From contig CAVVBS010000014.1 in the NCBI GenBank assembly GCA_963746595.1, forward strand, positions 356,645 to 420,644: DNA of 64,000 nt, given 5' to 3'. This document shows, in pieces, positions 47,686 to 57,811 of the stretch. Position 1 is the first letter of the stretch; each line of letters opens with the position of its first letter. Made by a program: the position numbers and the translations under genes. Under the pieces are notes generated by a model. The model worked only from the letters and a program-made list of their open reading frames with translations, was not told the origin of the DNA and did not search any database. The DNA comes from an uncultured Acidobacteriaceae bacterium (GTDB lineage Bacteria > Acidobacteriota > Terriglobia > Terriglobales > Acidobacteriaceae).

Positions 47686-49006
47686 ATGAACGGCCTCCAG
47701 ATGCAGGCGCGCGCATCCTCGGCGGCATGGCTTCCGCCCGGCGTTATGCGTCCGTTCGTGCTCATTACCGGGCTGTTCTTTCTCTGGGGCATTCCCAATA
47801 ACTTGAACGACGTGCTCATCCGGCAGTTTATGAAGTCGTTCGAGATCAGCCGGTTTCAGGCTGGATTGGTGCAGTCGGCCTTCTACCTCGGTTATTTTCT
47901 GCTCGCGCTGCCCGCGGGTCTGCTCATGAAACGCCGCGGCTATAAATCGGGATTCCTGACCGGCCTGTTCTTGTTTGCGACCGGGATGCTTTCTCTTCCT
48001 TCCCGCGGCAAACTCCGGAAAATATGGTTCTTTCCTGGCGGCGCTATTTGTCATGGCGAGCGGACTCGCTTTTCTCGAAACAGCCTCCAACCCTTTCGTT
48101 GCGCAACTTGGCCCCACGGCGAGTTCGGAGCAAAGACTGAACCTGGCGCAAGCATTCAATCCTCTGGGCTGCATCACCGGCATCCTGGTCGGAACCGCCT
48201 TCATTTTTTCCGGCGTGGAGCTCTCGCACACGCAGGTCGCCGCGATGCAGGCCGCCGGAACGTATGCCGCCTATCTGCATAAAGAGACGATGCGCGTGGT
48301 TGCGCCGTATTTTGCATTGGGCGGCCTCGCGTTGTTGTGGGCAGTCATGATCGGTGTCACACGATTCCCTGCTTTCCTCGAGGCGAGGTCTCACGCGGCC
48401 GAGGTAAGCGGAGATTGGCGCGAGCTGCTGCATAAGCCCCATTTTCTCTTCGCCGTTCTCGCGCAGTTCTTATACGTGGGCGCATCGGTCTGCACCTGGA
48501 GTTACTTCATTCCGTACGCGAAAGAATATGCCCATACGACCGACCGCATCGGAGGAATTCTGTTGGCATGCAGCATCGGTCTCTTCGGCATCGGCCGCTT
48601 CGTAGCCACTGCTCTGATGCGCCGCTTTTCACCCGGCAAGATCATGACAACCTACGCCCTGCTCAATGCTGCTCTGCTGCTGGTGGGAATTTTCTCGCCG
48701 AGTTGGATGGGGCTCATGGCGATTCTGCTGACAAGCTTCTTCATGTCCCTGATGTTTCCCACCATCTTCGCCATGGGCCTGAAGGATCTCGGCCCCAACA
48801 CCAACATCGCTGGTTCTTTTCTGGTGATGGCGATCGTTGGCGGAGCGGTGATGACGCCCCTGATGGGGCTGCTCGCCGAGTTCCTCCACAGCACCGCGCT
48901 GGCTTACCAGATTCCCCTCTACGGAAACCTGGGAGTCGCTGCCTACTCGCGCTACATGGCGGGCTACCGCAGAAGAAGGCTGACGATCTCGACCTTTGAA
49001 ATCTAA
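47686..49006 (+). pseudogene. L-fucose:H+ symporter-type MFS permease (FucP family), frameshifted near 47985
   Basis: ...GFLTGLFLFATG continues in another frame as CFLFLPAANSGKYGSFLAALFVMASGLAFLETASNPFVAQLGP, matching the FucP LETAANPF motif. Confidence 0.8.
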
Positions 49007-49082
49007 AGTTCGTTACAAGGAAGAAGGAAATCTTCCCCGTCCAGTTGCTTTGTGCCTCACCGATTACGCAAAATGGTTCACT

Positions 49083-50119
49083 ATGGTCGGTTTGGTCAAT
49101 TACGCAAAGGATCCGCACTCGGTTGAGCTTCGTGAACTTCCCGTTCCCGGAATTGGTGAAGAGGACGTTCTATTCAAGGTGCGAGGCCGTGGGCATCTGC
49201 GGCAGCGATCTGCATCAATACACCGGCAAGCAGAGTTGGCCGGTCAATTATCCCGTCGTCCTCGGCCATGAATTCGCTGGTTACGTTGCCAAAGCCGGCA
49301 ACCGCGTGAACGGCTTCAAAGAGGGTGACCGCGTGGTGAGCGAAACCGCCGCGTTGCTGCCGCCCGACTCGGCATTCATTCGTCAGGGACTCTACAATCT
49401 GGATCCGAAGCGGCTCGGCTTCGGATATGGGGTCGATGGGGCGATGGCGCCCTTTGTCAGAGTGCCCGCGCGCTGCCTGCACCGCGTTCCTGCCTCGTTG
49501 GCCTTGGAGAAGGCGTCGCTGACCGAGCCATGCTGCGTGGCCTACAACGCAGTGTGCGTCAATTCCCGCCTGCGGCCCGGCGATACGGTCGCAGTGATTG
49601 GACCGGGTCCGATCGGATTGCTTTGCGCGATGATGGCGAAGCTTTCCGGAGCCGGACATCTCATCGTGATCGGCATTCCCGCCGACGCCAAGCGGCTGGA
49701 GGTCGCCAAGCAGATCGGGGCCGACACGGTTCTCGGCGCGCAAGGCGAAGATGTTGCCGAGTGGGTCAGGAATTTCGGCGACGGCTATGGTCTCGACCTG
49801 GTCATCGATGCTGCCGGCGTTTCCGCGTCGCTCAAGCTGGCGCTCGATATTGTGCGTCCCGGCGGGCCAAATCACCAAAGTTGGATGGGGACCGCAGCCG
49901 CTCAATTTTTCTCTCGATCCACTGGTCCAGAAAGCGGTCACGCTCCAGGGCAGCTTTTCCCACAACTGGCCGATCTGGGAGAAAGTCATTTCCCTGCTGG
50001 CGAGCGGCAAGATCGATCTCGATCCGATACTCAACCGCATCTCCCCTCTCAACGAATGGCACGAGGCCTTTGAGGAGATGCATTCCGGCGTAATCGTCAA
50101 AGGAGTGCTCCAGCCATGA
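49083..50119 (+). pseudogene. zinc-dependent alcohol/polyol dehydrogenase (MDR family), two frameshifts
   Basis: MVGLVNYAKDPHSVELRELPVPGIGEEDVLFKV, then EAVGICGSDLH...GHEFAG...VIGPGPIGL, then QITKVGWGPQPLNF... lie in three frames (breaks about 49181 and 49868). Confidence 0.8.
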
Positions 50120-50132
50120 ACGCCGAGACAGT

Positions 50133-50915
50133 ATGCGCCTGAAAGACAAAGTGATCCTGGTGACCGGCTCGACCACCGGCATCGGGGAGGGCATGGTGAG
50201 GCTCTTTGCGCGCGAAGGCGCGAAGGTCATGATCCATGGAAGACGGAAAGATGCCGCGCAAAAATTGGCTGCCGAAATCGGAGAAGGAGCGTCCTTCGTC
50301 ATCGGGGCGCTCGACGATCCGCAGGTGCCCGCGAGGCTCATCGCGGAAACGATCGCTCATTTTGGAAGAATCGATGGCCTGGTCAATAATGCCGCCGCAA
50401 TCGTACGCGCGGAAATATCGAGAAGACCGATGCCGAATTATTCGACCGGACGGTCGCAGTCAACCTGAAGGCGCCATTTCTTCTGATTCAGGCCGCGCTT
50501 CCCCATTTCCGCAAACAGGGCACAGGCCGCGTGCTGAATATCGGCTCAATCAATGCGCTATTGCGGAGAGCGGAATCAGTTTATCTACTCCATCTGCAAG
50601 GGCGGCTTGATGACCCTGACGCGCAACCTCGCGGACGCACATGGAGCCGAAGGCATCCGGGTCAATCAGTTGAACGTCGGCTGGACGCTGACGCCGAATG
50701 AATTTGCATTGAAGATGAAAGAGGGCTTGCCCGAAGACTGGCCCAGCAGGGTATCCAGGACCTTTGCTCCCTCGGGCCGGCTGCTCTCGCCGGAGGACAT
50801 TGCCTGGGCTGCGGTTTATTTTCTTTCCGACGAGGCGGCACTCATCAACGGCGCGATTCTCGACGTGGAGCAATACCCCGTCATTGGCCGGAATCCAGTA
50901 AAGGAAAGTCTCTGA
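50133..50915 (+). pseudogene. SDR-family oxidoreductase, two frameshifts
   Basis: TGSTTGIGEG...NNAAAIVRA, then NIEKTDAELFDRTVAVNLKAPF...NIGSINA, then YCGERNQFIYSICKGG...VNQLNVGW lie in three frames (breaks about 50423 and 50557). Confidence 0.8.
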
Positions 50916-50927
50916 CGGAACCCTTTC

Positions 50928-51814
50928 ATGAAGCCCAGACTAGCCGCTTTCCCGAAGTGCTACATGGATGAGCTGTGCGTCCATCGCACCATGACTGTTT
51001 TCGAATGGATCGAGCTTGCCGCCACGCTCGGCGTCGAAGGACTCGAATTCTATTCGGGCTTTTTGGAGGACGATGAGGCCTTTCTCAACAAGGTCAAGGC
51101 TGCGCTCGAGAAGCACAATCTTGCCATGCCGATGCTCTGCTGCTCTCCCGATTTCACTCAGCCCGATCCCGTTCTGCTTGCAGGAGGAGATCGAGCGCGA
51201 AAAGCGGATGATTGAGATCACGGCTTTTTTCGGCGGCCGGTTTTGCCGCGTCCTCTCCGGCCAGCGCCGGCCCGAACTCACGCGGGAAAACGGCGTTGCG
51301 CAGGTCGTCCGGGTCATCAAGGGCCTGTTGCCGTTTGCCGAAGAGCATGGCGTCGTCTTGACCATGGAGAACCACTACAAGGACAACTACTGGCAGTATC
51401 CGGAATTTGCGCAGAAGATGGATGTCTTCGTCGAAATCGTGGACCAGATCGATTCGCCATGGTTCGGCGTCAACTACGATCCTTCGAACACGATCCTGGC
51501 CGGCGAGGACCCGCTGGTGCTGCTGGAGCGGGTGAAGCACCGCGTCGTCTCCATGCATGCCAGCGACCGCTATCTGAAGAGCGGAACGATCGAGGATCTG
51601 CGCAAAGAAGAGGACTCGGTCGGCTACGCCAGCCGCCTCTCCCACGGCGTCATCGGAAAAGGGATGAACGACTACGACAAGATTTTTTCCACGCTTCACT
51701 CGGTTGGGTTTAATTCCTGGATTTCGATCGAAGATGGTATGGACGGGATGGACGAGCTGCGGGAATCGGTCCGTTTTCTGCGGGCCAAGATCGATCGCCA
51801 TTTCAAAGATGTAG
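50928..51814 (+). pseudogene. sugar phosphate isomerase/epimerase (xylose isomerase-like TIM barrel, UlaE/SgbU-like), frameshifted near 51175
   Basis: ORFs 50928-51215 and 51016-51951 join at ...CCSPDFTQPDP / ...LQEEIEREKRMIEITAFFGG. The 3' end is uncertain (TAG at 51812 in a neighbouring frame, current frame open to 51951). Confidence 0.7.
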
Positions 51815-51818
51815 ACGC

Positions 51819-52467
51819 ATGGAAACCATCGTACAAATTTCGCTCGACATCACCTCGATCCCCGAAGCTCTCGAAACCGCGCGGCTCGCCATCCGCTCCG
51901 GGGTTGACTGGCTGGAGGCGGGAACTCCCTTCATCATCGCCGAGGGAATGAACGGCGTTCGCGCCCTGCGCGCCGAGTTTCCCGGCGTTCCCATCGTCGC
52001 CGACCTGAAGACCATGGACGGCGGTTGGCTCGAGGCCGAGATGATGGCAAAAGCCGGGGCAACTCACGTCGTGGTGATGGAGCGTGCTCACCCTGAGACG
52101 ATCAAAGATGGTGGTGAAGGCGGGAAAGGATTTTGGCGTCAAGGTCATGGGAGACAACCTCGCGGCCGAGGACATGGTCGCGGCTGCAAGAAGGCTAGAG
52201 GATTTCGGCTGCGATTTCGTGATTCATCACATTGGCTACGATGAACGCCGCGGCCTTGCGGCGATGGGAAAACCATACCCCAGCCCGCTCGATCAATTGC
52301 GCGAGGTCGTCGCGGCGGTTCAGGTGCCGGTGCAGGCGGTTGGCGGTCTTTCTATTGAGCAGGCAATCCGCACTCCCGAATACGGAGCTCCTCTTGTGGT
52401 CCTCGGCGCTCCCCTCACCATTGACGCCGACTCCTTCAAGACGGCTTCCGGGCAATCTCGAAGATAG
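51819..52467 (+). pseudogene. orotidine-5'-phosphate decarboxylase-family enzyme (3-hexulose-6-P synthase / 3-keto-L-gulonate-6-P decarboxylase-like), frameshifted near 52110
   Basis: VQISLDITS...DWLEAGTPFI...VADLKTMDGG...HVVVMERAHPETIK continues in another frame as MVVKAGKDFGVKVMGDNL... Confidence 0.75.
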
Positions 52468-52570
52468 GCTTCGCCTGGTTTGCGACAGGGTCCATGCCTA
52501 TCGCGGCTAGCCCGGGGGCGGTCGGCCCTCCGGCCTTGGCGATAAGAGGGATCTACATCGAGAGCCATTA

Positions 52571-52746
52571 TCCCACTCAAGCCCAAAGAAGGCTTGAACC
52601 CCGATTTCCTGCCACGCTGCGCTAGAGAGGTCCGCGTGTGCGCCTTTCAATAGGGAAAGGCGCATCGAGTGTATCAACGCTACCAGCCTCCACAGAAAAT
52701 CCGGGCAAATGGGGCACCCAGCATTTGTTGCCGGTGTGGCAAAACC
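52571..52746 (+). repeat. 175-nt intergenic repeat, copy 2
   Basis: Direct copy of 46271-46445, immediately downstream of the sugar operon. Confidence 0.85.
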
Positions 52747-52920
52747 GAGGTGGGTGTTGGAAAGGCGAAACGAAGCAGTCCTGCGGATTGGAGTGATGAG
52801 AAAGCGCTTGAAATGATGTTACGGGGCGGCTTGGAGTCACCTTAGGATAATTACCGGAGTGCTATTCCATGCGGGCTTTTCCCTTTTTGCTGTGATCCCG
52901 GCGGACTAACGTTCCTTCAG

Positions 52921-53313
52921 ATGAAGGAACTCCATCTTCAAATCTCGCGAAACGAAGAGGCCGGAGACTGGTCTGTCGTTATCAACGGTCTGCGTTACGA
53001 ACACATCTCCAGCCAGATTCTGGAAGATCTCGTCGAGTGCGCCGTTATCGTTGCGGAGAATTCGCTGATAGGACCGACGCTCGTGGGTTCTGACACCCCA
53101 CCCGCTGGGCCACAGGAGATCGTTCAAGAACAAACTGAGAGCCGGATTCGGGGTCTGGTGCAGAGCAACGATGACCTCGCGACCGCACTGGAGCGCCTAT
53201 GGGAGTCTTATAACCAGCTCCTGGCCGGAAAACCGGTGAAAAATGTCGATGAGCTTTGGGAACAAGGCAAGGAAGCTCTGACCAAGGCGGCAAAAGCGAA
53301 GAATGTGAGCTAA
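52921..53313 (+). CDS. hypothetical protein
   Basis: 130-aa ORF with coding-like composition. No family recognised. Confidence 0.45.
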   Translation: MKELHLQISRNEEAGDWSVVINGLRYEHISSQILEDLVECAVIVAENSLIGPTLVGSDTPPAGPQEIVQEQTESRIRGLVQSNDDLATALERLWESYNQLLAGKPVKNVDELWEQGKEALTKAAKAKNVS

Positions 53314-53337
53314 AGACGCTCGAACGAAACCCGGGCG

Positions 53338-54852
53338 TTAGGACGTCTTTTGTGCAGCGGATGGCGTTGGCTGCGCAGTCTGCGAATGAATCTCGAAAAA
53401 GTGGAAACCCCAGGGGTCAAGTTCTACGTACAGTCCCATGGACTCCATCTCGTCTATATCGCGTAGGTAGTTGGTCCCAGGAAAGACTCCCACTAGCCGA
53501 GCCTGCCCGGTGCCCAGGCCCTCCCACCGCGCTTGGACCCGCCCCGCTGCCTCTCCCTGGCTCAGGTTGATAACAACCAGCCGTCGCTCCTCTCCCATCA
53601 CCCAGCGCCAGGCGACGAGGTTTTCCGCACTGTGGTTATCCGGCCATCCCGTTACCTCGCAGAGCAGCCATTCGCCATGGCGGAATATTGGATCTTTGAC
53701 GGCCTGTAGCAACTCCTCGTAGAACATTTGCAATGGGAGATCAACCGGCTCCTCCGGCCGGCGCCGCAGGAAGACAGGGACTCTTACTCTCCGGCCTTCC
53801 AATTGTCCTTCGTGGAAAAGGGCCACTCCAGGCAGGGTGGCAATGGCCGTTGCCCCTGCTCGTACCTTAGCGGGCGAGAATACACTCGCGGATCGGGGCT
53901 CATCATGGTTCTCGAGGAAGTGTACGACCTTTTCCTGGTAAGCAGCCGGCGCCGAGAGGTGGCGACGAACGCCGGTTACATCCGCACTCCGGAACTCGTC
54001 GTATAAAAGCTTGTCATAGCAGAAGTCGAAGCCCTGGTCCTGCAGTTTCTGCTCGTTACCCCAGTAGGCTTCGGCCAGAAAGATTAGGCCCGGGTAAGCA
54101 TTACGGACTGGCGAGATGACCGCACGCCAATAATCCATGGCAGGCGCCTGCCCTGCACGCCCTTGCCAGGTGCGCGCAAATACTTCGTTGAGCAGGAGCT
54201 CTGCCATATCGCAGCGCACCCCATCGCACTGGCGCGCGATATCGAGCAGAGTCTCCACCATCGCTGCACGTAGGCCAGGGTGAAAAGCGTTCAGCTGTAA
54301 CACGTCAGGCCACGCGGGAAAGTTAGGATCTCGTCCGGCGGCGAAAATTCGTCCGCCTGCGCTCACGTACGAGCCAGGATCATTCCTCAGGTCTTGCTCA
54401 CTCCCGGCAATGAAGTACTCCGCGTGTTCTGTGACCCAAGGAGAGTCCGGCGCTACATGGTTAGCCACGAAATCCAGGATTAGCTTGATGCCGCGTTTGG
54501 CGAGCTCTTCGCGGGCAGCGGAGAGAGCTGCCGGGCCGCCCAGGTGTCCATCGACCACGTAGCGTCGTATGCAGTAAGCCGAGCCGACGTTATCTTCGAC
54601 TGCGAAGTCAGGCAGGGTCCGCCGAAATTCGTCCACAAGATTGTTGTTGTGATTGGCAATGGCGATGCCCGCCGGGCTTCGTTCCCAAACGCCCATGAGC
54701 CACACCGCGTCGAAGCCATAGTTTGCAATACGGTCCCACTCGGCCGCAGGGACAGAAGCCAGATCGATCGGCGTGTTCCATTTCCGGTTTAGATCAGAGA
54801 GCCACACCCAGGTGTTGATCTCGTAGATCGAGCGCAGTTTATCGGATGTCAA
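53338..54852 (-). CDS. alpha-amylase-family (GH13) glycoside hydrolase
   Basis: GFDAVWLMGVW, GVRCDMAE (nucleophile region) and FLENHDEPR motifs. Intact. Confidence 0.85.
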   Translation of the reverse strand: MTSDKLRSIYEINTWVWLSDLNRKWNTPIDLASVPAAEWDRIANYGFDAVWLMGVWERSPAGIAIANHNNNLVDEFRRTLPDFAVEDNVGSAYCIRRYVVDGHLGGPAALSAAREELAKRGIKLILDFVANHVAPDSPWVTEHAEYFIAGSEQDLRNDPGSYVSAGGRIFAAGRDPNFPAWPDVLQLNAFHPGLRAAMVETLLDIARQCDGVRCDMAELLLNEVFARTWQGRAGQAPAMDYWRAVISPVRNAYPGLIFLAEAYWGNEQKLQDQGFDFCYDKLLYDEFRSADVTGVRRHLSAPAAYQEKVVHFLENHDEPRSASVFSPAKVRAGATAIATLPGVALFHEGQLEGRRVRVPVFLRRRPEEPVDLPLQMFYEELLQAVKDPIFRHGEWLLCEVTGWPDNHSAENLVAWRWVMGEERRLVVINLSQGEAAGRVQARWEGLGTGQARLVGVFPGTNYLRDIDEMESMGLYVELDPWGFHFFEIHSQTAQPTPSAAQKTS

Positions 54853-55064
54853 TTCTCATCTCCTCACCTTCTTGATGCTAAGGGCATGAATGAGCGTCGC
54901 GGTGAACAGGATTATTCTCTTGCGATTTAAACGTGGGATCCCAATTCTATTGAGCTGGCAACCGGTTGAAAAGCTGTTTAAGCCAGAAGCCCGGTAAGAG
55001 CGTCTCGATGGCATATGCTACGATTTCCCCGATAACGACAGCGGTCGACTTGAAGGAGATCGAT

Positions 55065-55436
55065 ATGGCGGAAAATCCACAGGATGGCGCGAAGGACTTC
55101 ACAAGGGCCGAGGATACAGTTTTGAACCTCAGCGATAATTTCGCCACCCGGGCAAACGCTAAAAGTGTGTACGGAGAACCGATTCATGCGGGCAGCCGAA
55201 CAATCATCCCCATCGCCAAGATCGGATACCTGCTGGGAGCTACTTCTGGTGGACGAAACGGTGAAACCGTGGGAGGGGGAAGCGGCGGTGGTGGAGTTGG
55301 CGCGCGTCCTGTGGGCTACATCGAAATTACGGATGCGGGGACGCGGTATGTCGAGTTGTCGGCGGTCAAAAAGCTGTTTGTGGCCGTAGCCCTAGGATTT
55401 GTGGCAGGCTATTTGCTCCGTGGCCGCAAATCGTAA
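55065..55436 (+). CDS. GerW/YtfJ-like protein
   Basis: SVYGEPIHAGSRTIIPIAKI...GGGSGGGGVGARPVGYIEI pattern with a C-terminal TM segment. Confidence 0.6.
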   Translation: MAENPQDGAKDFTRAEDTVLNLSDNFATRANAKSVYGEPIHAGSRTIIPIAKIGYLLGATSGGRNGETVGGGSGGGGVGARPVGYIEITDAGTRYVELSAVKKLFVAVALGFVAGYLLRGRKS

Positions 55437-55537
55437 AAGACGTTGGAACAGGGACTACCGCGTCCTTTAGCCGCAGGGCATCACGGCCGAGGCTTCTTCA
55501 AGCGTTAGGTTGAACTGGATGTAATTGGATAGGCAGT

Positions 55538-55614
<77 letters not shown>

Positions 55615-55677
55615 AACTGGATCGATGGTAACACGGTCCCTTGCTAGCGTATCCGAGTTGCTTGCAGGGAAGGAACA

Positions 55678-55880
55678 GTGCAGGTCCCTCGGCTTCGCTC
55701 CCACGGCACGCCGGGGCAGGCGGGATGACAAGGTTTAAATGGTTGGCGGACCTTGACATTGGTTATTCGGAGGGAGGCTTTGACAGTGGTTGCGACCGAA
55801 AGGCGCACAGCAGGTCCCTCGGCTTCGCTTGACAAGGGAGGAGGGGCGCTTCCATGAGCAATTAGCTAGTGGCTGAAAGA
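55678..55880 (+). repeat. cluster of REP-type elements next to tRNA-Val
   Basis: A full copy at 55678-55732, an internally deleted copy at 55806-55838, and the associated motif at 55845-55880. Confidence 0.7.
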
Positions 55881-55992
55881 ATCGCCGACGACAGCATTGG
55901 CTTTGGTCAAGGCGGTCCGGAGTTAATTCACAAACGACAACACGAACGGCGTATTATGGGCGCGAACCTCACTGCATAACAAAGGAGCAACT

Positions 55993-56391
55993 ATGGGCTT
56001 ACTCGACGCCTTGACATCTATTGCCGGCGGAGCTTCCCCGGAACACCACGGTGTCGCCGACGCACTCAGCCAGGTGATGCAGGAGCATCCGGGTGGAATG
56101 GACGGCATCCTTAACCAACTGAAGCAAAACGGCCTCGCCGATCAGGTGCAGTCCTGGATCAGTCCGGGAGAGAACAAAGCCGTCAGCCCCGAGCAAGTGC
56201 AGCAGGGCCTCGGCACCTCGACCGTGGAAAACATTGCGCAGCGGGCGGGCATCTCTCCAGCGGTCGCGAGCTCAATTATTGCGGTAGTGCTTCCCTTGAT
56301 CGTCTCCCACTTCTCTGGCGGCAGCGGACAACCTGCCCAAGCCGGCGGCCTGGCTGGCTTGGCGTCCAAGATCTTCGGCAGCAACGCCTAG
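55993..56391 (+). CDS. YidB-family protein (DUF937)
   Basis: GLLDAL...GGMDGILNQLKQNGLADQVQSWISPGENKAVSPEQVQQGLG pattern. Confidence 0.8.
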   Translation: MGLLDALTSIAGGASPEHHGVADALSQVMQEHPGGMDGILNQLKQNGLADQVQSWISPGENKAVSPEQVQQGLGTSTVENIAQRAGISPAVASSIIAVVLPLIVSHFSGGSGQPAQAGGLAGLASKIFGSNA

Positions 56392-56546
56392 ACGTTAGAC
56401 CCGGGAGCCCGGCGGAATCGGAAGCATCCACTTCCATCCCGACCGGGCTCGCCAACCCTCCTTAATCTCCCAATTAGCCTGCTCGCCTTCGGCTTGTTAA
56501 CTTGATGAAGGCGAAAGGCACAATGACATCTAAGGGGCGTTAGGTT

Positions 56547-57620
56547 TTGAACAGGCAGGAGATTCCATCACCAGCTAGCCCGCTCGCCGCATCGAGCAAC
56601 AAGAAGGGCCGTCTCACCGTCGGGGTCGACCTGGGGGGGACGAATCTGCGCATTGCCGCATTCGACCCCGCATGGAACCGTCTGGCGTACATCAACCTAC
56701 CTACTCGTGTAAGCGAAGGCCCCGACGTGGTGGTGGCCGACATGTGCGACGCGATCGGCCGCGTGCTGGAGCAGTGCGGGCCGAACCAGGAGCTGTTGGG
56801 TGTCGGTATCGGGGCTCCCGGCCCACTCGAACTGCCTTCGGGAAGATTTCATCGGCCTCCCAACCTGCCTGGTTTTGATTCTTTCCGACTTAAGGACGCA
56901 ATGGAGTCGAAACTGCAGACCCAGGTAATCGTCGAGTGCGACGCCAACGCGGCCGCCTTGGCGGAGTGGAAGAGCGGAGTGGGCAAAGAGATGCCGGGCG
57001 ATTCCATGTGCATGCTGACATTGGGCACAGGCGTGGGCGCGGGCATTGTTCTGGAAAGAAAAATTTGGCACGGCATGAATGGCATGGGCGGGGAAGGAGG
57101 ACACATTCCGGTGGTTGAGAATGGCTTCCCGTGCGGCTGCGGCGGCCGCGGGTGCCTGGAACAATATGCATCCGCAACCGCCATTTGCCGGGCGGCGACC
57201 CGGGCTGCCGCTCGCGGCGGCGCCGACCGTATCGCCAAACTGATCGCCCGGCGCATCGAAGCGCAGGGTGAATTCACCGCACGCGATCTGGCCGGCCTGG
57301 CCCGCGAAGGGGACGAGCCGTCGCGCCAGATTTTTGCCGATGCGGGCAAGTACCTGGGCATGGGCCTGGCTATGCTGGTGAATGTCTTCAACCTGCCGCT
57401 GTATGTTATCGGCGGCGGAGTGGTCAGCGGTTGGGATCTGTTTGCCCCGCGGATGTTCGAAGAATTGCGCCGGCTGAGCTACATCTATGGGCTTACCGAG
57501 CCGGGGGCGGATCAGAGCTTTACGACGGGTAAGACCTACGTTGTTCCGGCCGCCACCGGGCCCGACGCTGGGTTGCTCGGGGCGGCGATGCTGCCTTACC
57601 TTGAGGCCGGCACATTGTGA
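56547..57620 (+). CDS. ROK-family sugar kinase (glucokinase-like)
   Basis: GVDLGGTNLRIA ATP-binding motif and the CGCGGRGCLE zinc motif. TTG start. Confidence 0.85.
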   Translation: MNRQEIPSPASPLAASSNKKGRLTVGVDLGGTNLRIAAFDPAWNRLAYINLPTRVSEGPDVVVADMCDAIGRVLEQCGPNQELLGVGIGAPGPLELPSGRFHRPPNLPGFDSFRLKDAMESKLQTQVIVECDANAAALAEWKSGVGKEMPGDSMCMLTLGTGVGAGIVLERKIWHGMNGMGGEGGHIPVVENGFPCGCGGRGCLEQYASATAICRAATRAAARGGADRIAKLIARRIEAQGEFTARDLAGLAREGDEPSRQIFADAGKYLGMGLAMLVNVFNLPLYVIGGGVVSGWDLFAPRMFEELRRLSYIYGLTEPGADQSFTTGKTYVVPAATGPDAGLLGAAMLPYLEAGTL

Positions 57621-57726
57621 AGAAATAGATCCAAATCTCCGGAATGCGGCAGTCTTCTGGCGGTCGCCGTTTCTTTATTCCCTTGGGCGGCCGTGGCAAA
57701 CGGGAGGTCGCACGCCGAGAGCCGTC

Positions 57727-57756
57727 ATCCCACTCAAGCCGAAAGCGGCTTGACCC
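57727..57756 (+). repeat. partial copy of the 5' end of the 175-nt repeat
   Basis: ATCCCACTCAAGCCGAAAGCGGCTTGACCC matches the first 30 nt of 46271/52571. Confidence 0.5.
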
Positions 57757-57811
57757 GCCTTCGTGCGGGCACTAGAGGCTTCACCCTTGTGTTGAGCAAA
57801 TGGGTGGAAGG

